Both the position numbers and the translations under genes were made by a program. A stretch of 64,000 bases of DNA from positions 1-64,000 of IMG/VR virus record IMGVR_UViG_3300025520_000004; one strand, written 5' to 3'. The stretch comes from a virus. Shown piece after piece: positions 1 to 9,604 of this stretch. The notes under the pieces were generated by a model. It worked only from the letters and a program-made list of their open reading frames with translations. It ran no database searches and was not told the DNA's origin. How positions within the stretch are numbered: the stretch's first letter is position 1; every line of letters starts with the position of its first letter.

Positions 1-431
1 TCGGGATCCCGATCTAAATCATATTCTGTGCGTTTAACATAAACAGAGGCCGAGACATTTTGTATTCGAACTTCTGTTTTCGTTTCTTCCATTGGTAGCA
101 CATCCGTAGGTTTTGACGCACTGTAAACCAATGCCTTATTTCTTGCGGGTCTATCTGCCTTAATCCAGCCTTCCTTCCGAAGCCACCGGAGAATGTATTC
201 TACTCTAGCATAGGTCCATCTTTTCTGTGAAAGTGGAGTGTTCTCGTTTGCAATCTCTACTATCTTATTGATGCGTCCAGACCAGGATCCCTGGTTCCCT
301 ATTTTAAAAAGCAGGAGACCATATATGAAAAGTTTATTCGGACACCTAATGTAAAGAGGAGCCGACAACGGCATTTTCGACCAATACTCATTTGGCTTAA
401 TCTCAGTCTGGGATTTAGGTAAATTTTTCAT
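1..431 (-). CDS. Hypothetical protein, partial (runs off the window edge)
   Basis: My own reverse translation from the ATG at 431-429 (MKNLPKSQTEIKPNEYWSKMPLSAPLYIRCPNKLFIYGLLLFKIGNQGSWS...). I checked it as open only down to about position 280. ATGA overlap with the helicase stop at 428-430. Not in the ORF track. Confidence 0.4.
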   Translation of the reverse strand, partial: MKNLPKSQTEIKPNEYWSKMPLSAPLYIRCPNKLFIYGLLLFKIGNQGSWSGRINKIVEIANENTPLSQKRWTYARVEYILRWLRKEGWIKADRPARNKALVYSASKPTDVLPMEETKTEVRIQNVSASVYVKRTEYDLDRDP

Positions 432-1933
432 TTGGAATTCCTTAGAACTTTTTCGGCGCTCCATCCGTTGTTAGCAAAGATAGAAATTACAAGAGACGCA
501 CTCGCGACAGACATCTTCTCTGTATTTATAACTTTAAGTTTTGCTAAGATCTCTTTTTGTTTAGAAGTGATTGAGCCTTCAGCATTACTTAGCCTTCTTC
601 CCTCATATTCAAGATCTAATTCCTGATCATACGCCTTGCCTTTGAGCTCTAATAAAGCGAAAGGATCATAATACGTTGAACCATATTGAACAATTTTAAC
701 ACTATCCAGAGCTGATTTTCTTAAGTTCTCCTTAGCAAGTTCCAACAATTCGAGCATGTAGTAGTTTGGTTTTAGCGAACTGAGTCTTTCTGCCTCTTTC
801 CGAACATCTGGGCTATAATGCTCTGTGATAAAGAGATCGAATGGTTTCACTAATTGGTGTTGATTCGCTTGGTATCCAAATTCAACCAACAAACAATGTG
901 ATTTACCTGGTGATAAACGTGTGCCTCTCCCCACCATTTGCGAATACTTTGTTCTCGATTTTGTAGGACAAGCGATGACTACGGCCTCGATCTCCGGACA
1001 ATCAAATCCTTCCGTGAAAAGGGCACAGTTCAGTAAGTGAGTAATTTCTCCCCTTCTGAATTGAGAAATTGCGTATCTTCTTTCCTCAACACTAGATTCT
1101 GCTGATAATGCCTTCGCTTTGATCCCATTTTCTTTAAGTATTGCTTCAAGCATGACCGCCATCCGGACAGACACAGTAAATACGATAGTTCTAAGTCCGA
1201 TAGTTTCTTTCAGAACTCCTTCGGCAATATGGAGAATTTTGGAAGACATCACATCATCAAGTGCTCCTTGATCCAAGTCTCCCGCTACAGTTCGTATTCC
1301 AGATAAATCAATATCACAGTCAACCTTGACTCCAATTAAATTACATAGGTTTCCATCTTTAATAGCCTCAAGTAACGAGTAGTTATAAGCGATGTCAGAA
1401 AAAATACTCTTTAAACCACCACCTTTGGCACCATCGGGAGTTGCAGTTAATCCGACAACATTGGAACCAAATCTGGATTGAAAGAACTCAATGATTGTTT
1501 GGTAAGAGTCAGCTGTTGCATGATGGCATTCATCAATAATGATGTCATCAATCCTGAAATCCGAGAACCTAGAATCTAACCTGGATTTTCTAAGTGTAGG
1601 TACAGATCCAACTATCACATTCTCGGTAAGATTTGCGCGGTGTTCAGCTCTTTCTAAACCACTGCTAATTTGGCAAATATTGTCGATCTGAGATTTTGCC
1701 TGATCGATCAACTCTTCTCGGTGTGCAAGCCATAGGATTCTTTTACCACTGGAAATTCTTTCTTTGATAATTGATGAACCAACAACCGTTTTCCCAGTAC
1801 CGGTGGCCATAATTATCAGAGGGTTCTTTCTCTCTTCTAGTAAGCGTACTGCGTTTCCGACTGCCTTCGATTGGTATGGTTTCAGTTTATAATGGGACTC
1901 TGGCTTTTGGAATAGAGATGGTTCCGCACTCAT
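428..1933 (-). CDS. SF2 DEAD/DEAH-type DNA helicase
   Basis: Walker A MATGTGKT, motif II DECHH, motif III TATP, motif VI VGRGTRL. Confidence 0.85.
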   Translation of the reverse strand: MSAEPSLFQKPESHYKLKPYQSKAVGNAVRLLEERKNPLIIMATGTGKTVVGSSIIKERISSGKRILWLAHREELIDQAKSQIDNICQISSGLERAEHRANLTENVIVGSVPTLRKSRLDSRFSDFRIDDIIIDECHHATADSYQTIIEFFQSRFGSNVVGLTATPDGAKGGGLKSIFSDIAYNYSLLEAIKDGNLCNLIGVKVDCDIDLSGIRTVAGDLDQGALDDVMSSKILHIAEGVLKETIGLRTIVFTVSVRMAVMLEAILKENGIKAKALSAESSVEERRYAISQFRRGEITHLLNCALFTEGFDCPEIEAVVIACPTKSRTKYSQMVGRGTRLSPGKSHCLLVEFGYQANQHQLVKPFDLFITEHYSPDVRKEAERLSSLKPNYYMLELLELAKENLRKSALDSVKIVQYGSTYYDPFALLELKGKAYDQELDLEYEGRRLSNAEGSITSKQKEILAKLKVINTEKMSVASASLVISIFANNGWSAEKVLRNSK

Positions 1934-2805
1934 AGGTCACCTGCAAATCCATTCATGCACTTGTTACAAGGTGCTTGTGTTCCTTGCGGATCATAGATAC
2001 CATTTTTATCGATGGTAACTTGGGTAGTGCCGTGACAGTGATTACACTTCTTTGCCACATCAATACACCAAGAACGAAGTTTTTTCATTACTGATTCATG
2101 CTCGTGCCAAAGTTTTAGAAAATCCTTTCCTGGATTCGGAATAAAGGCATTGAAGGATCTATGGAAATTGATAGTTTCATCAAGGTGAACTGCCAATACT
2201 CCTGAAATCTTGTCCCAATTGTTTGGAGCATTTTCATACGCTCCCTCGATCTTCACAGTTTTAGATTTTGGTGGATTCTTTTTCTCTTCCTTCTTCTTGG
2301 TTGCCTGACCTATTGACTTTTCACCTGCTTTGACTTTCTCAAATTCGGCAGGATTTTCTTTTTTCAGCTTCTTTGCTTTCTCGACATATTTTTCATTCGT
2401 ATCGAAAAGTTGAGCGGCTTTTTGAGTAGAGCGACCTTTTTCGGAATCTGTTTTCTTCCCGGCTTCTTTCCTTGCTTTAGCTGCTTCTTCCAAAAGAGGT
2501 AGATACTCGCTTGCAAGAGTTGCCTTTTGAGAGGCCGTTAAGTTTCTGCGAATGTTCGCACGTAGAATAAAGGTAAGTGCATCCTCTTTATTTCCTTTGA
2601 AAACTTTTGTTGAGAAACGTTTCCCTGCTTGAACTGATGCTAAGTATCTATTCCAACCATCTATGATTTTACCTTCAAAAAGAATGATCGGGTTTGAATT
2701 ATCGAACCCATTTTTATGAATTGATTCGACAAGTTCTTTAAACTCTGTCGGATTCATTTGCGGATAAAGATTAAATTTGTGTCTGTCTAATTTTTGTTGT
2801 TCCAT
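1930..2805 (-). CDS. ParB/Srx-fold N-terminal domain protein with C-terminal Cys cluster
   Basis: PIILFEGKIIDGWNRYLA resembles the ParB N-domain core. C-terminus has CNHCHG...CNKC. 4-nt overlap with the helicase gene. Confidence 0.55.
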   Translation of the reverse strand: MEQQKLDRHKFNLYPQMNPTEFKELVESIHKNGFDNSNPIILFEGKIIDGWNRYLASVQAGKRFSTKVFKGNKEDALTFILRANIRRNLTASQKATLASEYLPLLEEAAKARKEAGKKTDSEKGRSTQKAAQLFDTNEKYVEKAKKLKKENPAEFEKVKAGEKSIGQATKKKEEKKNPPKSKTVKIEGAYENAPNNWDKISGVLAVHLDETINFHRSFNAFIPNPGKDFLKLWHEHESVMKKLRSWCIDVAKKCNHCHGTTQVTIDKNGIYDPQGTQAPCNKCMNGFAGDL

Positions 2806-2968
2806 AATTTTTATATGTCTCTTGTTAGGATAAAAAGTTACGAGGTGTATTCTTGATAACGCTTACACCTGATTTTGAAGGAATTTTTCGATTCCCGAAA
2901 AAATAACCAAAGGAAAAACTTAAAATACACATTAATAGTCCATACAAGATCAATTCCATTTTCTTACC

Positions 2969-3235
2969 CTACGCTACAATATTTACTCTTTGAAAAGGTC
3001 TTTGTTCTGATAGTCTTTGACTCAAAAGTGCAATGTTCTTTTCTCTCAATTCATCGATCATCTTATCACGTTGTTCAATTTGATTAAGAAGATACTGAAT
3101 TTGTTTCTTTTGAATACATGCATTTGAACGTAAATCACGTATGCAGTTCAATAGCCGAATAACAAATCTTCTTCGCACATTAGTTGGCTTTTTGTTTCCA
3201 ACTAACGCCATTAGATCTTTCGCCTGAAAATTCAT
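2969..3235 (-). CDS. Hypothetical small protein
   Basis: Starts 2 nt after the stop of the SbcC-like gene in the same operon. Coiled-coil-like sequence. Confidence 0.35.
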   Translation of the reverse strand: MNFQAKDLMALVGNKKPTNVRRRFVIRLLNCIRDLRSNACIQKKQIQYLLNQIEQRDKMIDELREKNIALLSQRLSEQRPFQRVNIVA

Positions 3236-3236
3236 A

Positions 3237-5576
3237 TTAGAAATCCATCCCTTTATCTTCTAAAGATAATTTTGCAATTTTGCCTTCTCCCACTTTGAAA
3301 ACCGCATCAGCTAAGTTTTGGATTTCAGGTTTGTGGGAAACAAAGATCACCTGCTTGAATCCACCAAGCACCATAGCCTTATCTAACATTTTTTGATATA
3401 ATTTGGCGTTCTCTGGAGTGAGGCCACCGTCTGCTTCATCACGAATCAGTGTCTCGATAGCCTTCCCTGTTTTTTGGATCTTATAGACGGCCACTCCGAG
3501 GGAGATCCCTTCTTTAATGATGGCTTCCTGGCCACCGGATTTGTTATCTACAAAGGTTTCTTCTCCGGTTTCTTCGTCATAAACTGCGATGGAAAAATCT
3601 TCTTTTACCGTTTCTTTACCAGTTTCTTTGGTAGTTTTGAAAGATACCTGAAATCTGGATCCGTAACATTCGGAAAGAACTTCGTTAATTGTTGCAGAAA
3701 TTTCAGGTCCAGAAGCATCCAATTTAAGAGCCCGGATACCTTTCGGAGAAAGGGCTTCGCAGAGATTTCTAAGTCGTCCCAATCTTTCCAATTTTTTGGG
3801 TGTACCGAGAGCTTCCAACTTTTCTTTGGATTCCTCAATCTGTTTGAGTTTGGTTTCTAGCTTAGAGACTTCGGTCAGTATCTCGTCACGTCGCTTACTC
3901 ATTTCATCTTTTTTGAGCTTTGCGTAAGCAAGTTCTTTCTCAATTAGAAGTTGTCCATCAACTTGGGACTGTTTTGCGGTAATTAAAAGAGCCAATCCCG
4001 ATAATTTGGAATCTAATTCCGATTTCTTATTGGAAGCGATTTCAATTTTTGCCTGATAATCTCTAATCCTTTCGTCTACGAGATCCAAATGGGCCAAGTT
4101 TTTAAGAGCATCAGTAAAGCTAGTGATTTCGTCCTTTTTCACCTTGATTTCCATTTTAAGGTTCTCGAGTTTTACTCGCTCATCTGTAAGGGAATCAAAG
4201 GTTTTCAGCTTCGAAGACAAAGTTAGTTTCTGAGAATCAATTGATTTCATTTCTTCTTTGAACTTTTCGATTTTGAGAACTTCTTGCTCCATTTCTTTTA
4301 GAAGTTCGTCGTGTTCGCTTTTCAGAGATGCAATTTTCTCTTTTGATTTTACGGCATCGGCTAGTAGTTCACAGGATTCGTTCAGTTGCTTTCCTGAGAC
4401 TTCTACACCATTACATGGTACTCTCTGAAGTAGACTGGCCTTATTTTCACATTCTGTGATTTCAGATTCCAGTTTGGCAACCTTACTTCTTTGATCTGAC
4501 CATGAGGAATTTAATTTATCGGAATTCTTTCTCGCTGCTTCTTTCTCAGACTCAAGTTCCTCAATTTCAATCTTTAAAGTTTTATTGAATTCTTCGATCT
4601 CTTTGGTTGCAGAATCTATTTGGTTTTGGGCCAAAACTATATGATTTTCAAGTTCAGAAATTTGTCCTTCCAAAATTGATTTTTTTTCAACGGCTGAGCG
4701 AATCTCTTTCTCTTTGGCTTTTAATGCTTGGTTATTTTTCAGTCTCTCGGAGATATCGGCGATCTCATCTTCAAGAACTTTAATTTCCTTTTCGGTAAAA
4801 GTCCTGGACTCGATGAGTGCCTGAACATCGGACGATTCGGATTTATATTCTGCCAATCTCTGTTGAATATCGGAGAGAGTTTTTTCCAAAGATGCCAATT
4901 CTGAATCTATTCTAACTTTATCAGATTCAAAAACCTGAAGACTTTCTTTGGCATTTTCCTCACCTTCGATGATAAAGTTTAAATTTTTAAACAATAGATC
5001 ATCTGCGGCAATATTTGATTCTAGCACCTTCCTTTCGCTTTCGAGTAGATCGAATTCCGAATCATATTCTTGAAATCCCAATAGATTCCCGAGTAATTCT
5101 CTAGATCCTGCTTGGTCCAGGGAGACAATGTGACCCTTCCCTTTTTGAGAATGGTAAAGAGCAGAAAGGAAAAGATCCTGTGGAAGATCTGTGTGTTCCA
5201 AAAACTTTTCCTGGAACTCTTTGAGTTTTCCTTCTGTTACTGCTTTTCCATCTACATAAAGATAGGGCTTTTGAGTTTTAGCAATAGGATCGATCAGCCT
5301 CTTCACGTGGATTATTTTCCCACCGATCTCTGCCTTCACTTCAATCGAGGAAGATTTAGCTTTAAAGCATCCGTAAATGGCACCTTCTTCTCTTCCAGAT
5401 TCGGAACGTCTGTTTGGTGTTACTCCATAGAATGCCATCGAAATCGTATCCAGGAGAGTGGTCTTTCCCGATCCGTTATCGCCAACGATTGCAATTTTTG
5501 CCTCATTCCCGGGAGTCCAAGTGATGCCCTCTGGGAAAGCGATAGATCCTTTGTTTTTGATTTCTAGAATTTTCAT
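3237..5576 (-). CDS. SbcC/Rad50-like SMC-type ATPase
   Basis: P-loop GDNGSGKTT, long coiled-coil middle, ABC signature SGGQEA, Walker B/D-loop LIRDEADGGL. 4-nt overlap with the SbcD-like gene. Confidence 0.85.
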   Translation of the reverse strand: MKILEIKNKGSIAFPEGITWTPGNEAKIAIVGDNGSGKTTLLDTISMAFYGVTPNRRSESGREEGAIYGCFKAKSSSIEVKAEIGGKIIHVKRLIDPIAKTQKPYLYVDGKAVTEGKLKEFQEKFLEHTDLPQDLFLSALYHSQKGKGHIVSLDQAGSRELLGNLLGFQEYDSEFDLLESERKVLESNIAADDLLFKNLNFIIEGEENAKESLQVFESDKVRIDSELASLEKTLSDIQQRLAEYKSESSDVQALIESRTFTEKEIKVLEDEIADISERLKNNQALKAKEKEIRSAVEKKSILEGQISELENHIVLAQNQIDSATKEIEEFNKTLKIEIEELESEKEAARKNSDKLNSSWSDQRSKVAKLESEITECENKASLLQRVPCNGVEVSGKQLNESCELLADAVKSKEKIASLKSEHDELLKEMEQEVLKIEKFKEEMKSIDSQKLTLSSKLKTFDSLTDERVKLENLKMEIKVKKDEITSFTDALKNLAHLDLVDERIRDYQAKIEIASNKKSELDSKLSGLALLITAKQSQVDGQLLIEKELAYAKLKKDEMSKRRDEILTEVSKLETKLKQIEESKEKLEALGTPKKLERLGRLRNLCEALSPKGIRALKLDASGPEISATINEVLSECYGSRFQVSFKTTKETGKETVKEDFSIAVYDEETGEETFVDNKSGGQEAIIKEGISLGVAVYKIQKTGKAIETLIRDEADGGLTPENAKLYQKMLDKAMVLGGFKQVIFVSHKPEIQNLADAVFKVGEGKIAKLSLEDKGMDF

Positions 5577-6733
5577 GCTGCCACCTCTTCTTTGGTTTCT
5601 TGGGCCTCTTTGATTGCTCGACGTTCTTCGAGATGTGTTTCGATTTCCGAATCATCCATGCCTTTACTTTTGAAATAGATCCGAAGAGATTCTTCGATAT
5701 CGTTTGTCTTTGCAATCTCCTCATTTCGAACTGCAATTTTTGTGATTGTAGTCTTTTCAATTTTTACCGATGGGTCTACTACAGAGAGAATTTCTTTAAT
5801 GTTAGTTGGAACCGTGTGGGTGAGTTCTTTCTCTACAGTGTATCGGAATCTCAATTTTGCACTGCTTTCAGAAATCTTTTCAAGATTGATCTCTTCTCCA
5901 GATTCTCCAATAAAACGGGATCCGTCCCATTTTGCAGATATGGAAATCATCGGCTCAGGATTTAAGGATATAAATTCAGGCTCCTCATCCCAAATTCCAT
6001 CGTTTAGGGACCAAATTAGAATACCTTTATCGTCATTCGCCTCTCCCCATGTTTGGCGAGTAATCGATCCGGGGTACCAAACCTTACCACCGACTTTTTG
6101 TTTTTTGTGATAGTGGCCACCGACAACCGGACAGCCAAATGACTCCAGTAACCCCAGAGGAAGGTGAATTCCATTTAGTCTCGGAATCTTATCGTTATCC
6201 AATTTGGCACCCGAAATTGTTCCATGAAAAGGCACAAAGCAAGGGCAGTCCGATCTTTGAATTTTTTGATAGTAACCATCCAAGAGATCCATGAATGCAT
6301 TCGTTCCTTTTTCTCCCAATTGCTCAACACTCTGTGATTGAAGTGCTAAGGCTCCGGCTGAGTAATGTGGGATAGTCAAGAATCGAACTTTTTCTTTTCC
6401 TGAACCAAGATATAAATCTAAGACTTCAGGATGTTCTGAAACATAGATCTGCAGTTGGCTTCTGTTCTGGTAAGAAAGTAGCTCTTTCGGTTTATCATGA
6501 TTTCCTCGTGTAATTAGAATGGGAGTTCGACCTTGGAAACCATCTAAGAATGTTTTGAAAACAAGTCTTTGCTCTTCTGTGGATACATCTTCAAAGATAT
6601 CGCCACCTACACTTACCACATCCACATTCGTTTCCCGAAAAATCTCACCTGCTCTGAGAAGAGCTATTGCTTCTTTGGATTCAAAACCTCCTTGGAGGTG
6701 GATGTCCGCAATGTTACCAATTTTGATACTCAT
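5573..6733 (-). CDS. SbcD/Mre11-like metallophosphoesterase nuclease
   Basis: Calcineurin-like motifs IADIHL, GGDIFE, RGNHD, GGHYH. Confidence 0.85.
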   Translation of the reverse strand: MSIKIGNIADIHLQGGFESKEAIALLRAGEIFRETNVDVVSVGGDIFEDVSTEEQRLVFKTFLDGFQGRTPILITRGNHDKPKELLSYQNRSQLQIYVSEHPEVLDLYLGSGKEKVRFLTIPHYSAGALALQSQSVEQLGEKGTNAFMDLLDGYYQKIQRSDCPCFVPFHGTISGAKLDNDKIPRLNGIHLPLGLLESFGCPVVGGHYHKKQKVGGKVWYPGSITRQTWGEANDDKGILIWSLNDGIWDEEPEFISLNPEPMISISAKWDGSRFIGESGEEINLEKISESSAKLRFRYTVEKELTHTVPTNIKEILSVVDPSVKIEKTTITKIAVRNEEIAKTNDIEESLRIYFKSKGMDDSEIETHLEERRAIKEAQETKEEVAA

Positions 6734-7728
6734 AGCTTCTGCTCCTTTGGATTCAATTCGCGATATTTGTTTGCGAGTAATGTTTTCAATCCAAGAAAAG
6801 TTAATTCTTCTTCGATGATATCTCTTGATAGTGAATCTCGAAGTTCATCCCAACGTGCCTGGGTATTGCATTCTTTAATCCAAGATTGGAATTCCTGGGC
6901 CGTGTAAGGTTTCAGGACTGTTGGAGTCAGATCTCCATAAAGACCTTCTTTTGCCACGGTCGCAGACGCCTCGATGGTTTTTCCCACTTCTTGAGATTCA
7001 GTAGATCCATCACCAACAACAGCTCTCACACAAACCCACATTTTCTGCGCTTCTTCCCTTTTCATCTGGGTGGGTATTGCGAGCATTTCTTTGATCGCAT
7101 TTCTCTTTGCTTTTCGATCTACATTTTCGTAAATGTGGGCTTGGTTTGAGCCATCCTTTGTAGTAATGGGTAGACTTTTACCAACTGGTGAAGATTTTAC
7201 TATTGTTCCATCTGGTAAACGCAGAGAAGCTACATACTCGATTCTAAGGTGTGGTATTTTATTGAGTATTGTTTCTTCTTCCAAAACTTTTTCTAGCCGG
7301 AGTCCGATTGCTTGTGCAATATTGATCACCTTTTCGGATTTCAACATAACATGGCCCGCAGTTAGTTTAACACCTGACGCATTTTTTTCGTCCCAAAGAT
7401 CGTCATCGCTAACAGTAACAAACTGTGGTTTGAGGGAGATCCCTTCCGGAAGAGAATTCATAAGAAACTGAGAAAACATAACGATATTATATTTCTCTGG
7501 CGGAAACAATGTTCGAAGGTTCTTTAGTTTCTCGATTGGATCCTTTGCGTAAGCACTTGGATTGATCTCGCCGTTTGAGAGCAAGATAGAATTTTCTGTG
7601 GTAGTTGTTTCAGACATGTTGTAACTCCATTTCAAATTTTTGATTAAATTCCACTTCCAGTTCGTAGGTTTGATAACCATATCCCTGGAGTAATTCGATT
7701 GCTTCGGAATGGTGATATTTATGATCAA
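6730..7728 (-). CDS. Hypothetical; possible single-strand annealing protein (Rad52/Sak-like)
   Basis: Sits directly upstream of SbcD/SbcC. DRKAKRNAIKEML resembles the conserved basic helix of Rad52-type annealases. The real start may be the internal MSETTT near 7620. Confidence 0.3.
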   Translation of the reverse strand: MIINITIPKQSNYSRDMVIKPTNWKWNLIKNLKWSYNMSETTTTENSILLSNGEINPSAYAKDPIEKLKNLRTLFPPEKYNIVMFSQFLMNSLPEGISLKPQFVTVSDDDLWDEKNASGVKLTAGHVMLKSEKVINIAQAIGLRLEKVLEEETILNKIPHLRIEYVASLRLPDGTIVKSSPVGKSLPITTKDGSNQAHIYENVDRKAKRNAIKEMLAIPTQMKREEAQKMWVCVRAVVGDGSTESQEVGKTIEASATVAKEGLYGDLTPTVLKPYTAQEFQSWIKECNTQARWDELRDSLSRDIIEEELTFLGLKTLLANKYRELNPKEQKL

Positions 7729-7804
7729 TTAAGATTTCGTAAACATTCCTTACGGAAAATATTTCTTGATCAATATTTTGAGATAAACTTTCAGATTTAA
7801 GCAT
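7610..7804 (-). CDS. Hypothetical small early protein
   Basis: ORF in the early operon orientation only. Confidence 0.3.
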   Translation of the reverse strand: MLKSESLSQNIDQEIFSVRNVYEILIDHKYHHSEAIELLQGYGYQTYELEVEFNQKFEMELQHV

Positions 7805-7896
7805 CTCTAACTTCTCCTATTAAATTTTTGTTGACTTATACTTTTAAAAATAGAGAAGTGAGTTTAGCTAAAACGTTTCTTCTCTAGAAAAAGCTA

Positions 7897-8079
7897 TCAG
7901 GCAGTCAACCTGGTAGCTTTTTTTTCGGCCATATACACTGTTGTTCCCTTTAACTTACTCTTATAGTGAGTCTCGAAAACTTCTTTTGACATCTCGCCTA
8001 ACAGAAAGCCATCTTCAGATAAGCGGATATTCCCGTTTTCCATTAACTTGACGATTGTCTTAGTTTCTTTTTCCAACAC
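7897..8079 (-). CDS. Hypothetical small early protein
   Basis: ORF in the early operon. Overlaps the upstream gene by 20 nt. Confidence 0.35.
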   Translation of the reverse strand: MLEKETKTIVKLMENGNIRLSEDGFLLGEMSKEVFETHYKSKLKGTTVYMAEKKATRLTA

Positions 8080-8302
8080 TTCTATTCTCCTTACTTAAAC
8101 CGTGCTTAAATGTTCTCCCATGCTTTACTCCGAGTTCTTCCAATCTCATAAGGATCGATTGGTTATTGGATTTTCCTTTGATCGTGTTTTTAACCTGCAT
8201 CAAAGATACTCCACCAACCCGAAGAAAAACATCATACTCATTGAAACCGATCTTTGAAAGTTCAGTTTGAATTTGCTTTGGTGACAATTGTTTGGTTTTC
8301 AT
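8060..8302 (-). CDS. Hypothetical small early protein (possible HTH)
   Basis: 4-nt overlap with the Cro-like gene. Confidence 0.4.
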   Translation of the reverse strand: MKTKQLSPKQIQTELSKIGFNEYDVFLRVGGVSLMQVKNTIKGKSNNQSILMRLEELGVKHGRTFKHGLSKENRSVGKRN

Positions 8303-8601
8303 GCGGTTAACCTTTCTACTGTCCTTCTGGAATCTAAGAGAGGGTCTACATAGTCCCTATCTAAATAAATTCCATGTTTTTCAAACCAGAGCGCTATGTC
8401 TGGATTGTGGCGAGTCCCCTGAATGAAGGCAGAAACAAGCTGCTTGGATTTTCCAGTCTCATGCGCTATCATCTCTTGGTTTTTTCCTAAAAGAGATAAC
8501 ATCCTATTGATGAGATCCGGATCGTCCGGGAAAGGTCGGCGTGGGCCAAGAGACATAGTTAAAAGCTCGTTGTAATCTGCTTGAATCTCTGCACTGCTCA
8601 T
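8299..8601 (-). CDS. Cro-like HTH regulator, first gene of the leftward early operon
   Basis: HTH-like segment IAHETGKSKQLVSAFIQGTR. Divergent from the XRE repressor across an operator-bearing intergenic region. Confidence 0.5.
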   Translation of the reverse strand: MSSAEIQADYNELLTMSLGPRRPFPDDPDLINRMLSLLGKNQEMIAHETGKSKQLVSAFIQGTRHNPDIALWFEKHGIYLDRDYVDPLLDSRRTVERLTA

Positions 8602-8647
8602 TTAATTTTAAATCCTCTAGTGGTTAAAAACCACGATAGATAAAAAT

Positions 8648-8664
8648 ATATAGGGAGCCTATAT
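8648..8664. promoter_or_regulatory. Operator O1, 17-bp palindrome ATATAGGgagCCTATAT
   Basis: Perfect 7-bp arms read directly. Lies in the divergent intergenic region. TTGACA at 8666-8671 is adjacent. Confidence 0.6.
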
Positions 8665-8682
8665 TTTGACAACTAATAATTT

Positions 8683-8697
8683 TATAGGGAGCCTATA
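8683..8697. promoter_or_regulatory. Operator O2, 15-bp palindrome TATAGGgagCCTATA
   Basis: Same core as O1, centre 34 bp away, ending 6 nt before the repressor ATG at 8704. Confidence 0.6.
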
Positions 8698-8703
8698 TAT
8701 TTT

Positions 8704-9084
8704 ATGACCACTGTTCGCGTAAGATTTTTCGAAATGTTTTCGGAATTGAAATCTGAAGGATATACTCAGGTCAAAATTGCAGAGGCGCTAGGAATATCAC
8801 AGGCCTCTGTTAGTGGTTATATTAGAGGCGAACATGAGATTTCACCACCTGTAGCAGCACTCATGGAGATCCGTTTCGGTTATCGCAAGGAATGGCTCCT
8901 AAATGGCGAACTTCCCAAGAAAGTGGATCAAATTTCCAAAAAGGCCGTCAGTGAGGATGTAGAGTTTGCTAGAAAAATATTAAAAGATCCGGAATTGAAA
9001 GAAATACTCCAGGCAATATTAGAATTAAAAAAATCAGAGCGTGATCGGCTTTTCTCTGTTATTCGAGGCTTTCTGGGGATTTGA
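8704..9084 (+). CDS. XRE-family HTH repressor (cI-like)
   Basis: HTH YTQVKIAEALGISQASVSGYIRG. Stand-alone gene divergent from the early operon. Confidence 0.7.
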   Translation: MTTVRVRFFEMFSELKSEGYTQVKIAEALGISQASVSGYIRGEHEISPPVAALMEIRFGYRKEWLLNGELPKKVDQISKKAVSEDVEFARKILKDPELKEILQAILELKKSERDRLFSVIRGFLGI

Positions 9085-9279
9085 ACAAAAACTTGGAAGC
9101 TCATCACTATTCAACTCCCTTATTCTATCGGAAAATTTTTCTATAAGGGTTTCTAACGATCCCTCAGAATAAAGAATGGCATTGGCAAACTGCAAAAGCT
9201 CCTCTTTCACTATCTCCTTCTTCTGTTTTTTACTTAACTCCACATATGTATAGTAATATGTTCCTAGGACAGAAATCAT
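9034..9279 (-). CDS. Hypothetical small protein
   Basis: ORF only. Convergent with the repressor gene. Confidence 0.3.
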   Translation of the reverse strand: MISVLGTYYYTYVELSKKQKKEIVKEELLQFANAILYSEGSLETLIEKFSDRIRELNSDELPSFCSNPQKASNNREKPITL

Positions 9280-9335
9280 CTAAAACAATTTTATTTTAAA
9301 AAAATGTTCTAATTTGTCCTACTTAAGTGACATAA

Positions 9336-9548
9336 TTATTCTCTACTTCTTTTGATAATTTCGTGTACTAAAAGAGATTTTTCTGTCGATTCTGCAATAA
9401 ATCTGTTTTGGCTTTTATCGAAGAGTTTGTATTTTTCGACATCTCCATCGAAGAATTTTTTGATTAGATATGGTTCCGCAAAATCATTCACGGAGAACGG
9501 ACGAATCCATTTGTTACGAAAATTTACAAATACTTTTTTTAAGTGCAA
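9336..9548 (-). CDS. Hypothetical small protein
   Basis: ORF only. Confidence 0.3.
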   Translation of the reverse strand: MHLKKVFVNFRNKWIRPFSVNDFAEPYLIKKFFDGDVEKYKLFDKSQNRFIAESTEKSLLVHEIIKRSRE

Positions 9549-9604
9549 ATTATGTTAGATTCTCGCCAAATAGATATTATAAATTGATAATAGAGGTTAT
9601 TTCA

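Noticed and set aside
3474-3860. Numerous ORFs of 60-150 aa antisense to or out of frame within long genes: 3474-3860, 5112-5567, 5600-6110, 32284-32577, 33828-34148, 35110-35468, 36554-37727, 42379-42837, 43324-43698, 54204-54530, 54718-55103, 56027-56423 and others.
   Set aside because: They lie wholly inside well-supported genes and have Phe/Leu/Ser/Cys-rich shadow-frame composition. They show no start context.
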